From contig JARDVH010000073.1 in the NCBI GenBank assembly GCA_030324005.1, positions 101,076,578 to 101,140,577 on the forward strand: a stretch of DNA of 64,000 bases. Reading direction: 5' to 3'. This DNA is from Negaprion brevirostris. Lineage: Eukaryota. Shown here piece after piece: positions 59,590 through 64,000 of this stretch. The notes beneath the pieces are model-generated. The model searched no databases. It saw nothing but the letters and a program-made list of their open reading frames with translations, and was not told where the DNA came from. How positions within the stretch are numbered: position 1 is the stretch's first letter; each line of letters begins with the position of its first letter. The translations under genes were made by a program, and so were the position numbers.

Positions 59590-60318
59590 ATGAGTGGTGT
59601 CATGGATATATTCCTGGATTTGTAATCACAAGGCTTGAAACAGTTAGCCAGAGAATTGGAGTTCAAATACCACCATGGCAGTTTGACTATTTGAATTTAG
59701 CGCCAAAAATATGGAAATAAAAACTTGGTGTCAGTAAAGTGACCATGCATGAAGCTGTCAGACTATCGTAAAAACCAAACATTTACTAATGACCTTTAGA
59801 GAACAAATTCTGTCAACCTTGTCCAAGATTGTGCATGACTTCAGTTTCACACCAATGTGATTGGCACTTAACTGCCTTCTGAATTGGCCTATCAAGCCAT
59901 TCAGCTGCCAGAACAACAAGAGATAGGCAATACAGGCTGGCATTGCCAGTGATATCCACATCCCACAAAAAATGGCATTAGGCACTTTTTTTTCTTTATT
60001 CGTTTATAGTAAGTTTGTGTCGTTGGCTGAGCCAACATTTATTGCCTACCACTGGGGACAATTTAAGAGTCAACCATGTTGCTGTGGATCAGATTTAGGT
60101 CAGACCAGGTTAAGGATGGCAGGGCATTAGTGAATGAGATGGGTCTTTATGACAATCATTTCATGGTCATCGTTAGAATTTTAATTCCAGATGTTTACTG
60201 AATTTGAATTTCACCATCTGCCATGATGGGATTCAAACCCGGGTCCCCAAACAGTGTGCATTACTCTAGGTCTCTGGATTACTAGGGCAGCGATAATAAC
60301 ACTACGCCACTGCCTCCC
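59590..60318. mobile_element. Tail-to-tail pair of tRNA SINEs with CR1-family tail (59590-59965 +, 59995-60318 -)
   Basis: 'gttcaaataccaccatggcag..ggcaatacaggctggcattgccag' followed by 'atttattgcc..ctgccatgatgggattcaaacccggg..ctctggattactag'. Confidence 0.8.
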
Positions 60319-63300
60319 TCCTGCTGAAGGAGAGGCTCAGCCCAAAGTCCTCCTCAACTGCTGCTACACAATAATTTCCTTTCCCATGTGTGCATGAAGG
60401 TAATGTGATGTAAAACTAACCATTTTGAATTGAATACAACATTTTTGGTCTCTCAAGAAATCAAGGAGTGAGGGGAGCTGACGGGAAAATGGAGTTGAAG
60501 CCGAAGATAGGCCATGATCGTATTGGATGACACAGCAGGCCCAATGAGCTGCATGGTCTCCTCCCGCCACATTTCTTACATTCTTATGGCAGGACTGCAG
60601 AATTTAGACGTGCCATCCATCTCCAGTTGAACAATTCCTATCGTTTAGCCAGCCACTTCCTTATTCTAAACCTCAGCTGAACCATTCGAACAGATGCAGA
60701 AAGAAATCACTGTTTAACCCTCCGGATCCCCAAGGGGGTTTCACATCAAAATAAAACGGATACGGATCAAAGACTATTTCAGTTCCTTCCAAAAGTTCTC
60801 AGTTTGTGTATGTAGCTTTCTGACTTAAACACACCCACTGCCAAAAGAATTTACAGTTCACCTCTTTTGCACAGGTTACATGACAATCAGCAGTGTAAGA
60901 CTTGCACCCAGGAGATTATCTTCCCCAGAATGAAAGCATCAATTCTATTACACCTACTTGTGTAAACGCCCACTGTGCAATTTTTCTTTTAGCCTATCAA
61001 TTCCCTTAAGTCGTAAAAATGCAGATATTATCTGCCCCTTCCTTCACCTCCCGGCCCATCAAAAAATTGTGATTATTCAATTAAATCCATACATCAGAGA
61101 ATTTTACAGCACTGAAGCAGGATGTTCAGCCCAGTAGGTTTGTCTGCTGATTATGTTCACGAACCTCCAAGAATCTTACTTTATCTCATGTTCTCAGCAC
61201 ACCCTTTTGTTATGTTCTCTGTCGTCCCCTTATCTGGCCTGTCCCTTGATGCAGCAGGCCAGAACATGATCACATTTCTCCACGGGCCCTAAAGAGTTAA
61301 AATTTCCGAGTGCCACACTGTGTTCCGGTGAAACATGTGAAATGATTTACAGCTGCAATGCTGCACAGCTAGTAAACTGAAATGCTGGGACACTGTAATA
61401 GGATAGGCATTCTGGCTGAGGTTTGTTTCAAGTTTGCTGTAGTAGGGCTAAAGCAACAACCCCAGCAACTAGAAATTGCTCCTTTGTGCTCATATTTACA
61501 GTGGCTTGTAGTTTATTGAGCAGCGACTGTGACACCGAAACGTTCAACGTAGTTAAAACTGAATTAATCGCTGCCATGATCCAAACTGCACTCATTTCCT
61601 TCTCCTGTTAAGATCCTGTGTTGGAATGTCCCTCCCTGACTAAAAGGGGAACTCTTGCTGGAACTGCCTAGGGGTAAATCAACTTTCAGTTTTCCCACAA
61701 AAGTGCCTCACCTCCTTTTTCCTGACAGGTGACATCAGCAGTATGCCATGCGGAGACACCACAGGCCACTGTCCGTGTACCGCTCGCTATCAGACAGCAC
61801 TGTTTTACAAACCCCAGAATAACAACGCTATCTATAATATGCGTGTGGCAAGACACATTTCCTGCCATTACTGCTGAGTCTTTGGTCTCACAGAAGTCTC
61901 CAAACATACAACACTACTTATAATTCACCATCAAAAGTTCTTATAATGCTCACATCATACAGAGTATTTTAAACATAGTGATGATCAAGCTTCATTAACT
62001 TACAATTTGATACTCTGTTTCCATCACAGCTGCAGACTAGGGAGAGAGGTTTGTTGTGTCCAGTAAGATCTCCCTCAGCCACATGCCAACAATCCTGAGC
62101 CTGCTTCAGCCCATAGAAGGCCTTCCGGAAGCTGTTCTCTGGATACGATTGTGAGAAGGCCACCCTTCAATTAGCATAGTTGTCAGATCAACACCAACTG
62201 AGATTCCCACACCCCTCCCAAAATCACCCCCTCAACCCTCCACTCCCGTCCCAGGCTTAAATTCAGAACTCACGCGAAAAATACATGGATGTCCTTCTTC
62301 CCGAGACCTAAACCTGTTGCTATAGTAAAGTGCAATAAACTGGTGGGGGGCTAGTTGGTTAAGAAAGAAACCATCAGAGCTTGAACGAAAGAAGCACAAG
62401 AGCTCAAATCATCACAGCTTGGATTTCACAGTTGCAGTCCATTCCTGTTCGATCCAGGTCTTTAAAGAAGGCTTTCCAGAAATGAGTTCTTGCACGGGTG
62501 AGTATTCCACAATCCGGTTCCGACCGACAGCTCCGGGACAAAGGAATCACAGGAGCCACGAGTGGGGTCAAAAATCAGAAATTCACTCCATCAAAAGCTC
62601 TGGGGAATATTTATCTCACTGCTTCACTACACGGAAAGCTTTCTCCACCTGTTTGCTGACATCGAAGCTTTGGAAAGATCCAAGGACGTAGTCACCAGTG
62701 ACTGGCACATCACCAGTTTGTAAACCTGCCGACTGGCTGATCTAACTTTAGACTTTGTGTTTCTTTCTGGAAAGTTCCTACATGGGTAAAAATGAGAAAC
62801 TCATCTACATTTACAAAGCTGATAAACGCGCCATTTTTTTGGAATATGCAACACGAACAAAACAAAGTAAGTCTCACTGTCCTCACAAACACCATGGACT
62901 AAAACCTGGTGTTGCCAGACTTTTTACTGTACTCACAAACACCCCCACCCACCCACCCTGCTCCCGGCCACCATAAAGTTTGGCCAACCAACTCTGCTAT
63001 GCGATTGGAAACCTCATTCATCAGGCTGGAGTTAGAAGAAACCACACGGCGTTGTGGGCTAACAGGAGATCAGTTTTAAAGCCAGCGGGCGTCATATTCA
63101 ACATTCATCGGGTTCAGACTCTGATCCCAAGCTCTTTTGGGAATTCCAAGCTTCCAGTAAAGAGGACAGGAGGATTCAAAGAGCCTGTTTACAGTTTGCC
63201 ACAGGGACGCTGGGCGCTATTTAAAACCGAGGTATTTTTAGATCTTAAAACTTTCTGTATGGAATATGCTTAAAACGATGTTTCAAAATCCAGACAAAAT

Positions 63301-63739
63301 GCTGAGCAGCAATGTAATTATCACGGCTTAACAAACAAACTCCTCGACATGAGATGTTCGGCGAGGTCACGGCATTTCTTTGTATCTACCTGCAATTAGT
63401 TGTTTCACTAGGAAAGGTCATTTCTGTTGTCGCATTCTAACTAACATTTTCTGCAATGACAGCGTTGACTCCCATTCAGAAGTTAGCCTTATTTGGGAAA
63501 GCGCTTCGGCGGGGGGGGACACCCCTAGGAGGGCATTCAGATTTAAACAGGGTCCTGCAGAGCGCTGCATTTAGAGGAAGCATGCTAATATTTACAGAGC
63601 AACTTAGGAACTCTTAATATTTACAGCTACTCTTGCAGAGAACCTTTACGGGACACGGGAGCTTTTGGGGTAGGTACTGTTTACAGACTGAACAGGAACA
63701 GCGTTATTTACATGGGATTCTAGTGTGGAGAATGTTGAT

Positions 63740-63985
63740 GGGGAAAGTTGGAGGAGAAAGTTTAGAGTGGGGACAGGCTGGTTTAAGAAAGTGGGGACCG
63801 GTCTAGTTTAAGAGAGATTGGGGCCTGGTATAGATTAGGGGGGGCGGTGAAGTGCAGTTTAGCGGATGTAGGGAGCGCAAACATTTTAGAGGAGGTCAGG
63901 GTGAGTGTACAGTTTTAGAGAGTAGATTTCAGGCATTATTGGGGAGGGGTGGGCAAGTACAGTTTAGAGGAGGTTGGGGGAAGGT
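63740..63985. repeat. G-rich degenerate tandem repeat (~25-30 bp units containing AGTTTAGAG)
   Basis: Recurrent 'agtttagag/gtttaag..gggg' units. Confidence 0.5.
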
Positions 63986-64000
63986 GCCATCCACAGAAGA

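Noticed and set aside
1-64000. Prokaryotic systems (CRISPR arrays, operons, defence islands) or endogenous virus
   Set aside because: Vertebrate intronic DNA; no regularly spaced repeat-spacer array, no long intact ORFs and no viral or LTR-retroelement protein motifs seen.

Overview
Eukaryotic, repeat-rich vertebrate DNA. The repeat content (HE1/V-SINE, SacSINE1-like DeuSINE, CR1/HER1 LINEs, L2, Penelope) points to a cartilaginous fish, probably a carcharhiniform shark. The window looks like the intronic 5' part of one large minus-strand gene. The best unique feature is a 669-nt exon (42150-42818, -) with canonical splice sites, no main ORF and several upstream ORFs. One uORF ends in WIFFCILFHLRALYKIMH*, which resembles, from memory, the conserved Mg2+-sensitive uORF peptide of PTP4A/PRL phosphatase 5'UTRs (PTP4A3 most likely). 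No PRL coding exon (MNRPAPVE...) was found, so it would lie below position 1 or in a gap; a TE-poor, CpG-richer right end suggests the promoter is just beyond 64000. The rest is mostly fragmented and nested retroelements, including Penelope-like elements with minimal hammerhead ribozymes, a small MITE family and several local duplications. Nearly all ORF-track entries are TE remnants, gap artefacts or chance ORFs. TE family names come from motif recognition, and TE boundaries are approximate.
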